A stretch of 63,892 nt of DNA, filler included, from Octopus bimaculoides (lineage: Eukaryota), in NCBI RefSeq assembly GCF_001194135.2. It is 9 parts of 8 records of this genome, joined end to end, with 100 filler letters (N's around TTAATTAATTAA, not from the genome) between each part and the next. Parts side by side here need not be neighbours in the genome. Positions count along the whole stretch, not along the records: positions 20,007 to 27,477 come from NC_068983.1; positions 27,578 to 31,937 come from NW_026407395.1; positions 32,038 to 41,939 come from NC_068983.1; 6 more parts are not named here. One strand, written 5' to 3'. Shown here one piece after another: positions 22,983 through 34,570 of this stretch. The first letter of the stretch is position 1, and every line of letters begins with the position of its first letter. A model generated the notes under the pieces. It did no database searches, was not told the DNA's origin, and was given only the letters and a program-made list of their open reading frames with translations. A program made the translations under genes and the position numbers.

Positions 22983-23559
22983 TGTCAGACCAGCAAGGGG
23001 AAGCGGCTAACACCCCTGTTCGAAGGTTATAATGGACACAGGTTCGTGTGTCACATAGCTAGCTAGAAGTGATGGCCTCTTGGAGCTAATCAACAGCAGC
23101 ATTCCTCCTATTTTTCTGGACTGTCATGTTAGCTTGGCGATAAATATCAATATCCAGTACCGCTGCTGTAGTCTCCTTTAGAGAGACTTAGAAATATTTC
23201 TATTTCTATTAATGAAACTATTACCTCACATATATACATGCATACATACATATTTGTCATAAACACTCTACCACTACTGCTAATAACTGTTGGGAACCCT
23301 TTCAGACCTGCCTTACATATTAAGAAATTTAATCATCTTCAAAGTGGGAAAGGCTCGTTAGAAACTCGTTTAACACAAACAGCTGTTAGAATAACTAAAA
23401 GAAACTAATGAAATAAAATCAGAACCAGTATAACTGCAGCTTCTTCCGCAAGTTAAACACATATCGTACATACGTACTAATTATGGAAACACTAGAAAAG
23501 GCTCTATTATTTCAGATAGAAGATAAAACCCCTAAAAGATTGCCTATATGACTATATTT

Positions 23560-25150
23560 TGTATGTTGTCTTCTGGGATACATTTTCTAGATGTATTTAT
23601 TATCATTTTGTTGAATCTATATACTTCAACGTTTATACTGTTGACTGTTGATGATTCTCTTTCTTGGTGGAACTCGTTCCACTGGCTTCTTTTTGATTGT
23701 TATGATATTAGTTAATAGGTGGCGATGTCTAGGGTAGGGTTGTTGTAGGTGGCTTGGTGAATTAGAGTGCATACGTTTGCGATGATTTTTAAGATTTGAA
23801 TTTAATTGTGATGCTATTATTATGTTACGTTTGCGTTATGGTTATTATTTGAGAACAAAGGCATTGAGCTCTTTCTAAATGACAGTATTTGAGAATTAAA
23901 GTATTGTATTTGGTTTGCGCAATATGGTAGGACAATTTGTGAGGCAGTGGTTGTATATATATATTATTATACCATGGATTTTGTATAGTTGATTTCTATT
24001 TTAGAAGCCAGCATTTCTGTTACAGTCATCTTCTATAAGTTTGCGAATGCAAGATTCTAAAACTTGTATTATGGGGTCTCCACCGTTGTGATAGGATCTG
24101 CCTAATCTGATCTGAATATTATTAGGGATGTACAGTGTTCTGTGTTGAGGTACTAAAAATGTTGCCTGAAATATTGCTACGTGAATGTCGTGAAAGTCAT
24201 GAACCAAAGATAAAATCTTTTAGTTTATAAAAATGTTTGTTTGACCCGTAATATTTTAGTGTAGTTTTATGAACAAATAAAAAAACGATTAAGTTTTACA
24301 ATTGTTTTACAACTGTCGCAAGGTATTTTGGTGTCTGTGTGTAATGAATAACAACACCTCGCTGAGACAGAATTTTATTTTATCGCACAAATGATTTTCA
24401 AGTTAGTCATGAATTAGAAATTTCCGCAACAAGGTTTACATACTGGAAAGAACAATTCTGTAGCTTTTACAAATTGTTGATTAAAAAGGCTCTGTAATTA
24501 AGCTGCCAAGTCAGTTGGATCCATATCGGTCAAATATAAGGGCATATCAAGGTTGAGTAAGAGTCTGATAACAACTATTAAAAACATCAAGAGAGTATGT
24601 GGTGTTGAGTTTCAGGCTGCCACACTATGAAGTAAGAGATGAGATGCGTGAAATGAATTGGCCGGTCACTGTACGGATATGCCTGACAAAAGTGGAAACG
24701 CATTATCACCCAAACATCCTCGACACTCTTTGAAGTTGGCGCTAAAAATATGCTTAGTTATAAGTCTTGGTAGGGACGTTCTACAGCTTTCTAGAAAGAT
24801 CTATCATATAATACCTGAGTGCTGATTGGTCAATAACTCGGCGGCTCACATGAAAATGCTGTGACTAGACCATGATTTTAAATTAGCAATTCGTCGATTC
24901 GGTTTCGAATCTTGTTACACAATATTGTTTTTCTTTTTAATTGTATTATAATGAACCAGCAGTTTGCAAAAGTTTTTTTTGTTACTGTTTCTGTAAGGTG
25001 TGAAATTTTGTATAGTTATGTTTCTGTATATTCGTAAGCATCTTTATAGGGGTGTTAGAGCTCGTTTCTAGCAGGGTAGCGTGTCTTTCTGGTGATGTTC
25101 ATACATGGAAGAAGAAATAATTGTGTATATCCAATCTATATCGACTGACA
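23560..25150 (-). pseudogene. Heavily decayed L1/Tx1-like LINE ORF2 remnant
   Basis: Ordered weak motifs on the minus strand: IDWIYT and SNTPIKM (APE end, about 25100-25040), GDP...LESCIRKL (about 24080), ASKIEINYTKSMV (about 23990), PYCANQIQY. Confidence 0.4.
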
Positions 25151-25273
25151 TTCAAACTTTGACCAATTTGTTTTATTTTCTGGCATATTATTTTCAGTAT
25201 TACTTTATTTAACCATTTTAAAGGCGGTAGGATGTTAGTTAAAGATCGTGATGCCTGTTATAATAGGTCGAAC

Positions 25274-25489
25274 GAAGGTGGCGAGCAGACAGAACCGTTA
25301 GCACACCGGGTTAAATGCTTAGCGGTATTTCGCCCGCCGCTACATTCTGAGTTAAAATTTCGCCGAGGTAGACTTTGCCTTTCATCCTTTCAGAGTCGAT
25401 AAATTAAGTACCAGAGAGACACAGGGGTCGATGTAATCGACTCATCCCCTCCCCCAAAATGGCTGCACTTGTGACAAAATTTGAACCCA
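25274..25489 (+). mobile_element. SINE family D, full length, with a 16-bp target-site duplication
   Basis: TTATAATAGGTCGAAC at 25258-25273 and 25490-25505. Confidence 0.93.
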
Positions 25490-25914
25490 TTATAATAGGT
25501 CGAACAAACACGTAGTAAGTTCTTCACTACCTCCCCAAGATTACTGTTGTTAGATGATATTGTTGATGTTGTTTAAGTCCATTTCAGTCGTGATAAGGAA
25601 ATATTAGATTAAAAATATCTTATTTTTGACTACCCCTTCTGATTACAGGTATGTAGCAGCTNNNNNNNNNNNNNNNNNNNNNNNNNNNNNNNNNNNNNNN
25701 NNNNNNNNNNNNNNNNNNNNNNNNNNNNNNNNNNNNNNNNNNNNNNNNNNNNNNNNNNNNNNNNNNNNNNNNNNNNNNNNNNNNNNNNNNNNNNNNNNNN
25801 NNNNNNNNNNNNNNNNNNNNNNNNNNNNNNNNNNNNNNNNNNNNNNNNNNNNNNNNNNNNNNNNNNNNNNNNNNNNNNNNNNNNNNNNNNNNNNACATAG
25901 CTAAAAGAATGCCA

Positions 25915-26541
25915 AGCGCGGGCCGGATAAATATTTTATTCAATTCAGCACAATATAGAATACACTGAATGTACACAAAAAATAAAGACAGTTATCCTAT
26001 TTATTTATCAATACATAAAATACACAAAATAATAAAAACAACATATTTTAATAAAACCAAGATATTACCAAGTTAGAATTTTTAGAAAAAGTGCGCACGT
26101 AGCTGAATTGCATAAAAAGTAAGAAGCACAAAAGTTAATGAGATTTGTGAAACTGGCGTTTTGCTTCCAAAATATCATCAACATTTGCTTTATGATTGCT
26201 GCGGCCAACCATAAGAATTGGTTTCAAATGTTCATCAGTGAGCTTTGTTCAATGTATTAATTTCACACACTTCATTTTTGAAAAAGTTTGCTCACAAACA
26301 TAAGTTGTTTCAAAAAATTTTGAAAACTCATCAGCAGGCAAGCAGCGATAAAATTCAATGAGTTTTCCTTCTCTGTGCTTCTCTTTCAACAAGGTATTAG
26401 CTTGCAAGTCAATTCAGTTGGCATGTTATCATTTGTTTCCGTAAGAAACTGTAAGAAGCAGTATAAAAGCATGTTCATTTTTTTTTCAGCATACGACGGC
26501 GTGCCGGATCCGGCCCGCGGGCCGTAGTTTGGTGACCCATG
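25915..26541 (-). mobile_element. Internally deleted hAT (Charlie/SPIN-like) transposon retaining the dimerisation-domain codons (about 26135-26440)
   Basis: Terminus CATGGGTCACCAAACTACGGCCCGCGGGCCGGATCCGG; translation TTYVCEQTFSKMK...KLTDEHLKPILMVG...FHKSH*. Confidence 0.82.
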
Positions 26542-27107
26542 GCTTAGTCGAACTAAAAACCATTAAAATATCTACGAAAAGGTTTTCACAGAAATAGAAT
26601 CAAACAATACTATTTACAAACACACATTTTCGAAACAACACCAACAACAGTGAGAAAAAAAAAGTACTGCCATCATTCCCTTTTGCACAAGTCACAGTCA
26701 CACATTTTAAGTTTAAACCAGCATATTTGTTTTTAAGGCATTGTTCATCTGGATTACATTATCTAATACAACCCTGCTGAATATGAGAAAAAAATGTTTG
26801 AAATAACTGTACAATACAGTGAAATGGCAGCAATAAAGCGACGGCTATGTAGGGACAACCAAGGAGCCCTACACATATCTACGAAGTGCAAACTGCCTTC
26901 TCTCAGTTGAAGGTTCCTGTCTACGGTCGCATTTATGGGACTGGTGGCTTTCCTCGCTATACCGAACTTAGTTTCGTATCTCAGTAAAATTTTGATGGCT
27001 GAAATTTTTGACTCTCCTCCGTTTCAAGATCAATAAATAATTTTGGTGGTGGTGATTGTTTTTGTTGTAGTTGTTGGCGGCGGTGGAGGCGTTGATGGTT
27101 TTGCTGT

Positions 27108-27324
27108 TTTGCTCCTGATCAACTTTGATCCAGTAGATTTATGATCAAAGGGGCAACAGTTGTGATCCTAAGGTTGTTGTTTTTTTTTTTGTTGCTGTTT
27201 TTTTGCAGAGAGTGTATTTGTGACTACATCATCCAATTTGTCCTTCTTTAATTAAGAAGGTAGGATTTGATTTCAGAAAGAATTGGTTGCTATTTCTAGA
27301 TCAAGCGACCGAGCAGAGGCTCCA
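27108..27324 (-). mobile_element. Family F copy
   Basis: GATTTATGATCAAAG...GACTACATCATCCAAT...GCTATTTCTAG...AGAGGCTCC. Confidence 0.65.
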
Positions 27325-27687
27325 AATAAATAAGTGCCAGTAATATATCAAGTGAACTCAAAAGAATATACCGTCTCGCTGCTAACTTTGACCTTGAACC
27401 TAATCAAAAGAATGTCTCTTGTACTTGTCATTTGTCATCACTGAGGAAGAAGGATTTCAAGCATTGTCACGTTATTTNNNNNNNNNNNNNNNNNNNNNNN
27501 NNNNNNNNNNNNNNNNNNNNNTTAATTAATTAANNNNNNNNNNNNNNNNNNNNNNNNNNNNNNNNNNNNNNNNNNNNATATATATATATATATATATATG
27601 TGTGTATATATGTATGTGTACACATATACGTATATGTATATATATATATGTATATTATAGTAAGAATGGGTACATAAGGGTGGATAC

Positions 27688-27720
<33 letters not shown>

Positions 27721-27766
27721 AATGTATATACATATATATGTGTATATATATATGTGTGTGTGTGTG

Positions 27767-27955
27767 TATGTTTGTACCTCTACCATCGCTTGACAACCAC
27801 TGTTCTGTGATTATGTCTTCATAACTTAGCCATTGGCAATACAAGCTGATAGAATAAGTACTAGGCTTACAAAGAATAAGTCCTGGGGTTGATTATTTTG
27901 TCCAAAGGCAGTGTACCAGCATGGCTGAAGTCACATGACTGAAACAAGTAAAACA
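27767..27955 (+). mobile_element. SINE family A 3' half
   Basis: CATCGCTTGACAACC...GAATAAGTACTAGGCTTACAAAGAATAAGTCCTGGGG...GACTGAAACAAGT. Confidence 0.85.
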
Positions 27956-28143
27956 ATATGCCATTTTAATCCCGAGTAATGCTGGGTATCTCTGCTAGTA
28001 CACATACATATATATGTATATATACACACACAAATATATATACACACACATATATATATATATACATATATTCATATATATACATATATATATACACACA
28101 TATATATATATATATACATAAATATATGGATGAGGAGGAGGAG

Positions 28144-28480
28144 GAGAGCCCCTTTGGTGATGAATTTTTATGGGATTGCACTTAGAAAGTTACCCTTCCA
28201 CGCACAAGTCCGGGCAAGGTTGTTTGTGGAAGACCAGCAGTCATCCATGCATACCAGCCTCCTCTCTCTCCATGCCATCGATGTTATCCAAGGGAAAGGC
28301 AAAGGTCGATACAGCTTGGCACCAGTGATGTTGCAACTAATTTCTACAGCTGAGTTAACTGGAGCAACGTGAAATAAAATGTCTTGCTCAAGAACACAAC
28401 ACGCAGCCCAGTCTGGGAATCGAGCTCACAACCTCATGATCGTAAGTTCAATACTCTAACCACTGAGCCATGCACCTTCA
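28144..28480 (-). mobile_element. SINE family C, full length
   Basis: Reverse complement TGAAGGTGCATGGCTCAGTGGTTAGAG...GTTCGATTCCC-like head through the GGGGCTCTC end. Confidence 0.92.
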
Positions 28481-28491
28481 CACAGACACAG

Positions 28492-28523
<32 letters not shown>

Positions 28524-28567
28524 GAAAGAAGGTTTGAAAATGTAATTTAAAAAATATNNNNNNNNNN

Positions 28568-28595
<28 letters not shown>

Positions 28596-28599
<4 letters not shown>

Positions 28600-29140
28600 G
28601 AAAGAAGGTTTGAAAATGTAATTTAAAAAATATTTATTCACTTGACTGGTTTCACTTTTTTAAAAAAAGATTGTCAAATGTAAAATGTAAAGCTTTGTAT
28701 GAGCTTTGTTGTGTTAAGTACTGGTTGTCACAAAAGTATCAAAATACAGATATATATATTCTTTGATCATAATAAGAAAATGTTAAAAACAGTTTACAAG
28801 AAAGTATTTAAGAAAGTAATCAGAATGGGACTCCAAAAAGTATTTTGAGTTCAAGAAAAATAATGTTTGTTTGGTAGTATATATATATAGACAGAAGGAG
28901 ATATATTTAAGAATTTACAAAAAATTGCAGAGGAATAACTGACCTGTCTTTCTAAGAGAAAATGTCAGAAAGACAGGTCAGTTATTCCTATACAATTCTT
29001 AAATATATCTCCTTCTGTGTATATATATTTTACTTTTGACAATCTTTTTCTTAGAAAGTGAAACTGGTCAAGTGAATAAACATCTTTACAATTGCATTTT
29101 CAAACCTTCTTTCATATATATTTCCACTTGTGCAGTACCT
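28596..29140. mobile_element. Foldback element: two back-to-back arms, each with an HHR-like motif (Penelope inverted-pLTR-like)
   Basis: Perfect inverted repeats 28891-28915/28994-29018 and 28931-28953/28967-28989; outer arms 28596-28690 and 29025-29120 are also inverted. Confidence 0.8.
29029..29076 (+). ncRNA. HHR-like motif, U3-A8 core; mirror copy on the minus strand at about 28635-28685
   Basis: UUUACUU-UUGACAA-U[CUUU..AAAG]U-GAAA-CUGG-UC|AAGUGAA; stem III is CTGG here, CCAG in the mirror copy and CCGG at 7460. Confidence 0.55.
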
Positions 29141-29141
29141 T

Positions 29142-30338
29142 ACCCAGTGTAAGCTATGGACACATAAGAGGTGCAGCAGCATCAAAGGAAGATTAACCGA
29201 GAAGATAGCTTTCGTGTGCAATAAACACCACAGATGCTCAGAAAACAGATTCCATCACACTCCAGGAAGAGAAACTAGAAGTAGTTGATAGCTTTCACTA
29301 CCTAGGTGACCAAGTTAGTAGTGGGGGTGGATGCTCAGAGAGCGTTACCACTAGAATAAGAATAGCCTGGGAAAAGTTTTGAAAGCTCACTCAGAGTGAA
29401 AGGAAGATTGTACGATGCATATGTGCGGACTGCCATGTTTCACTGCCCTGAAACACGGGCCGTGGCTTCGGAGGACATGCGTAGGCTCGAAAGAAATGAA
29501 GCTAGCATGATCCACTGTATATGTAATGTCAGTGTGCACATACGACAGAGTGTAAGCGCCCTGAGAGAAATGTTGGACATAAGAAGCATCAGATGTGGCA
29601 TGCAAGAGAGATGTTTGCGTTGGTATGGTCATGTACTACAGATGGATGAGGAGAGCTGTGTGAAGAAGTGCCACTCCCAAACAGTGGAAGGAATCTGGGG
29701 TAGAGGTAGACCCAGGAAGGCATGGGATGAGGTGGTCAAGCATGACCTTCAAACGTTGGGCCTCACAGAGGCAATGACAAAAGACCGAGACCTCTGGAGA
29801 TACGCTGTAACTGTGAAGACCTGATAAATAAAGTGAGTTCACGGCTGTATCCTACACCAGTTTCGCATAAGCAGCCCCAGCCCATTTAAAAGTACCTTGG
29901 ATTGTAGGACAACCTGCTGTGCTTACCTTGGATCATGGGGCAACCTGCTGTGCTCGAGGAGACCTATTGAGTCAAAATAAAAATCAAAATAAAAATCAAA
30001 TGGAAATTGCAGTTGTGATACCCATGCTGGTGACACATAAAAAGCACCATCTGAATGTGGCCTATGCCAGTGCCGCCTTGACTGGCTTCCATGCCGGTGG
30101 CATGTAAAAAGCACCAACCGATTGTGGCCGCTGCCAGTTTGCTCTGGCCTCTGTGCCAGTGGCACATAAAAAGCACCCACTACAATCATGGAGTGGTTGG
30201 CGTTAGGAAGGGCATCCAGCTGTAGAAACACTGCCAGATCAAACTGGAGCCTGGTGCAGCCTCCTGGCTTCCCAGACCCTGGTTGAACCATCCAACCCAT
30301 GCTAGCATGGAAAACGGACCTTGAACGATGATGATGAT
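29142..30338 (+). mobile_element. 5'-truncated RTE-clade LINE: ORF C-terminus (29142-29824, disrupted), full 3'UTR and (GAT)n tail
   Basis: TQCKLWTHKRCS...EKLEVVDSFHYLGD...RIRIAWEKF*...LRWYGHVLQM...GRGRPRKAWDEVVKHDL...DRDLWR. Confidence 0.95.
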
Positions 30339-31222
30339 ACCCACACACACACACACACACGCATAAACCAAAACAGACAGATGGTTGGCCTTGAAGTCAA
30401 TGATTTTAAACTAGTGGAGACAAGACTTGACTATCACCTGAGGAAACATAACTAGATCTTATTATGGAAATAAACAGCTGCATAATCAATACCTGTATTT
30501 TTGAAGATCCAGGTTGTTTGGAGACAACCGTAGTGATTAAAAAATAACTGTCTGACTATACTCCTTCTTGTTGACTCCAATTTCTTTAATATTATATCCA
30601 CATACAACAATGAATATCCAAACATAAACTTGAAAGTATATAATGCTGTTGGATAGTATTGATTATGTATTTCTGAGGGTAGATGAGCTTTATACTGTAC
30701 TCTGCCACATTCCAAATGGAATATACCATAACTCTGTGTGTGTGTGTGTGTGTGTATCAGTCACACACACACACACACACACATATACATATATTAATCA
30801 CAACTGTTTGAAGAACAGGAACATGAAACTCTGAGTAGCAGATTTTTTGTGATATTTCTGTGATGGTTTTGCAGCTTTAATAATGAAGTAGATATGTATA
30901 CATATATATTTATATTTAATTAAATCATGGATATAAAACCTCTTAAAGCAATGTTAGTATCCAAGTTTCCCAGTTTTATCCAGTGTATCAGCGAAAAACC
31001 AAAGATGTTAGCTTTGCATTGATGGATATGGGTATACTATATTTTATGCATAGAGATAAAGAAAACAGACAAATTGGCATGCAGTGGGACTATAATAATA
31101 ATTGTATTATGTTCTAAAAAAATATATATATATTAATATATATGTGTGTGTGTGTGTGTATGTATCTATTTATATAGAATAAGAGGAGCGTATATATTAT
31201 ATATATATATATATATACATAC

Positions 31223-31291
<69 letters not shown>

Positions 31292-32039
31292 TATAAGGAG
31301 AGAGAGAGAGAGAAAGAGAGAGACAGATTGATAGACAGACAGATATAGAATTTTGCAGTCAGTCAAAGAGGCAGACGGATAAATAGAGACATACACACAC
31401 AGATGCATGCACACATACACACACCTTGCATAGAAATAGGGCACAAGATTACACAGTTTGATGTGATATTTTATTCAGATATCCTACCATCCACATCTGT
31501 CACACACACACATACGTACAACTGTAGGCATACACACAGTTACAAACATGCATGCACATACACAAACACACACACGCACCTTTACTTCCGGCTTGATCAT
31601 TATTACCTCAGAATTTTAGATGGGTCTATTCTGAAGAAATGGGGGAGGAAGGATTTACATACAAAAGTGTTTGCAGTTACATCATTCATGGAAAAGCTGA
31701 TATTTTCCTAGCAGCCATCCATCCAAACTCTCTTGCAGATAGAAACATTTAATCAATAAAGCCCCACCCTATACCTTATGCTTTGCAGTTTCCAAGGGTT
31801 TGACACTGCTCCCTATTTTCAGGAATGGAATGGAATGATGTAATCAAAAAATATTTAAAAAGAGAAATGGGGGAAATAAAATTTATCTACACTAAGAGTA
31901 ATTGTAGTAAAAAAATTATATATATATATTTATATATNNNNNNNNNNNNNNNNNNNNNNNNNNNNNNNNNNNNNNNNNNNNTTAATTAATTAANNNNNNN
32001 NNNNNNNNNNNNNNNNNNNNNNNNNNNNNNNNNNNNNGC

Positions 32040-32217
32040 ATCATCATCATCGTTTACCGTCCGCTTTCCATGCTAGCATGGGTTGGACGATTTGACTGAG
32101 GACTGGCAAGCCAGCAGGCTGCACCAGGCTCCAATCTGATCTGGCAGAGTTTCTACAGCTGGATGCCCTTCCTAACACTAACCACTCCTAGAGTGTAGTG
32201 GCTGTTTTTACGTGCCA
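32040..32217 (-). mobile_element. RTE 3'-end fragment
   Basis: CATCATCGTTTACCGTCCGCTTTCCATGCTAGCATGGG. Confidence 0.9.
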
Positions 32218-32359
32218 TATGCATGTATGTATGTATATTATGTATATATTTGTGTTTGTGTGTGTATGTATGTGTGTTACTCTCTTCTTGTCTTGACATT
32301 GTGTGATAGTTATAAGTGAGAGGTGTTCATTTCCATATACTATGAAAAAATGTCTAGTC

Positions 32360-32490
32360 ATGAGAAAATATCTTGGAAATAAGGGAAGGTTAGCAACATG
32401 AAGAGCATCCAACCACAGAAAATCTACCTCGGCAGAATTTGTCTGACCCATGTGATCTTGGAAATGTAGGCATTAAAACAACGATGATTG
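32360..32490 (+). mobile_element. Related older LINE or SINE tail; a similar copy lies at 35095-35210
   Basis: GAGCATCCAACCACAGAAAATCT...CTGACCCATG...ATTAAAACAACGATGAT. Confidence 0.55.
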
Positions 32491-32699
32491 AAATATTAAA
32501 GAAAATATGGTTTGGAGAGCTTAGGTGGAGAGTAGATGGATAGAAGTGACAATAAAGGTGATGCAAAAAAATGAAAAAAGGAAGGAAAAAGTGCAAAGGA
32601 GGGAAAGTGGGTATGATGAATAAAGAAACAAAATGTAATTGAAAAGGAAAAAGAAAAATATGAATAAATAATGGATGGGTAGAAAGAATTAGCATATCG

Positions 32700-33048
32700 T
32701 GGAGATTAAAAGTTATCTTGTTATGGGGAGTAAGTAAAGAAAACTGAATTAAAGCCTACACAAGGATAGAAAAGTATAAGTGAAAACTGATGTGAGAAAA
32801 GAGGAAGATGGTGAAGATGAAGAAGGTAAAAAAGAAAGAGCATAAATGAAGAATAAAAGCAAGAAGTTAAGAAAAATATAAGAAGAAATTTAGAAAACAA
32901 AAAGAGTGAAGGGTCTAAAAGTGGATTGAAGAAAGAAAGGGATGATAATGGGAGAAAGAGAAGAGAAAAGAAAGAGAGAGAGTGGGAGGGAGAGAGAAGA
33001 CAAGTGAGGGAGAGAGAGCAGTATAAGGAAAGGAAGTGAGAAAGGCAT

Positions 33049-33087
<39 letters not shown>

Positions 33088-33115
33088 CATGATGAAAGGA
33101 AGTGAGAAAAGCATG

Positions 33116-33149
<34 letters not shown>

Positions 33150-33730
33150 TGGGAAAAGAGGGGGAGAAAGGGAGAGGGGGAAATGAAGGAGAGAGAGGAT
33201 GGGAGAGGGAGAGAGATAGAGTGAGAGAGGCATAATGAAAGAAAGCGAGAAAGGCATGAAGAAAGAGAAAGAGGGAGGGAGAGGGAGAGGGAGAGAGAGG
33301 TGGAAAACAGAGAAAGAAAGAGAGGAGAAGAGAGAAAGAGAGAAATAAAGAGGTGAAGAGAGAGAGAGAAAAGAGAGAGAGGCATGATGAAAGAAAGTGA
33401 GAAAGGCATGAAGAAAAGGAAAGAAAGAGAGAGAGAGAGAGGAAGAGAGAAAGAGAGAGAAATAAAGAAGAAGCCTGAATAAGGAGAGATAGCACGAACG
33501 AATGGCAATGAAAAAGCATATAGTGAGATGAATGAAAGAAATGTGAATACATTGAATGAAAGAACAATTTTGAATATAGAAATGAAAGAAATAAACTGGT
33601 AAAATACTAAGACAAGAAAATTAATGGGAAACGCATAAAAAGCAAGAAAAGAAGGGAAGGAGGAGGAGGGGAGGAGGAGGAGATAAAGGCAGAAAGATAG
33701 CAGGAGAAAAAGAAAAGAATGAGAAAATTA
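32700..33730. repeat. About 1-kb polypurine (GA-rich) tract with a recurring ~33-bp motif
   Basis: GGCATGATGAAAG(G/A)AAGTGAGAAAGGCATGAAG at about 33030 (partial), 33086, 33229 and 33381. Confidence 0.9.
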
Positions 33731-34126
33731 ATACAATCTTGCAATGAATTGACAGATGCATATTATTCTGTTTTTTTTTTTACTAAGTTGCTGTAATTTT
33801 CTTCCCAAAATGGTACAAGGTAGAAAGATATTGTGTGTTTTCAATGTCAGCCAAATTTTGAGATATCATCCATTGAAGAACATCGTTTCTATTTTTGGTG
33901 ATTCCATCAAGAATAAGAAAAAAACCAAAAAAAAAACCACCCGTAATATCTATGGTGTCAGTCTCGGTTGTAATTAGTAAAGTTTGAAAGTTTGGATAAG
34001 TTTCCAGTTACGTTGAAGAATTTTATTTGTTTAATGTTACTCTAAACATAAAAGAAAAAAAAATACAGTTCTGTATTTTCTGAGATGAGGAATTTTTATA
34101 TTATGTTGATGTAGTTTTATTAGTTG

Positions 34127-34560
34127 ATGTAGTGTCTGCTGTGTGGCTAAGAACCTTGCTTCCCAACAACATGGTTTTGAGTTCAGTCCTGATACATGGC
34201 ACTTAGGGCAAGTGTTTTTTTTACTATAGTTTCAGGCTGACCAAAGCCTTGTGAGTGAATTTGGTAGAAAGAACTGAAAGAACTAAAGGCGGCGAGCTGG
34301 CAGAACTGTTAGCACGCCGGGCGAAATGCTTAGCAGTATTTCGTCTGCGGTTACGTTCTGAGTTCAAATTCCGCCGAGGTCGACTTTGCCTTTCATCCTT
34401 TCGGGGTCGATAAATTAAGTACCAGTTATGTACTGGACTTGATGTAATCGACTTAATCCCCTTGTTTGTCCCCTCTATGTTTAGCCCCTTGTGGGCAATA
34501 AAGAAATTGGAAACTGAAAGAAGTCCATCAGATATATATATATATATATATACATAGACA
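34127..34560 (+). mobile_element. SINE family A head with a family D SINE (34283-34511) nested in it
   Basis: TSD AACTGAAAGAA at 34272-34282 and 34512-34522. Confidence 0.88.
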
Positions 34561-34570
34561 CACACACATA

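Larger units (their letters stand above)
22242..23205. mobile_element. Hammerhead-bearing ~348-bp tandem monomer in two back-to-back arms (retrozyme- or Penelope-pLTR-like)
   Basis: Unit start TATTAATAGTTATC at 22242 and 22590; inverted arm from 22721 with the unit restarting at 23154; one HHR in each arm. Confidence 0.85.
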
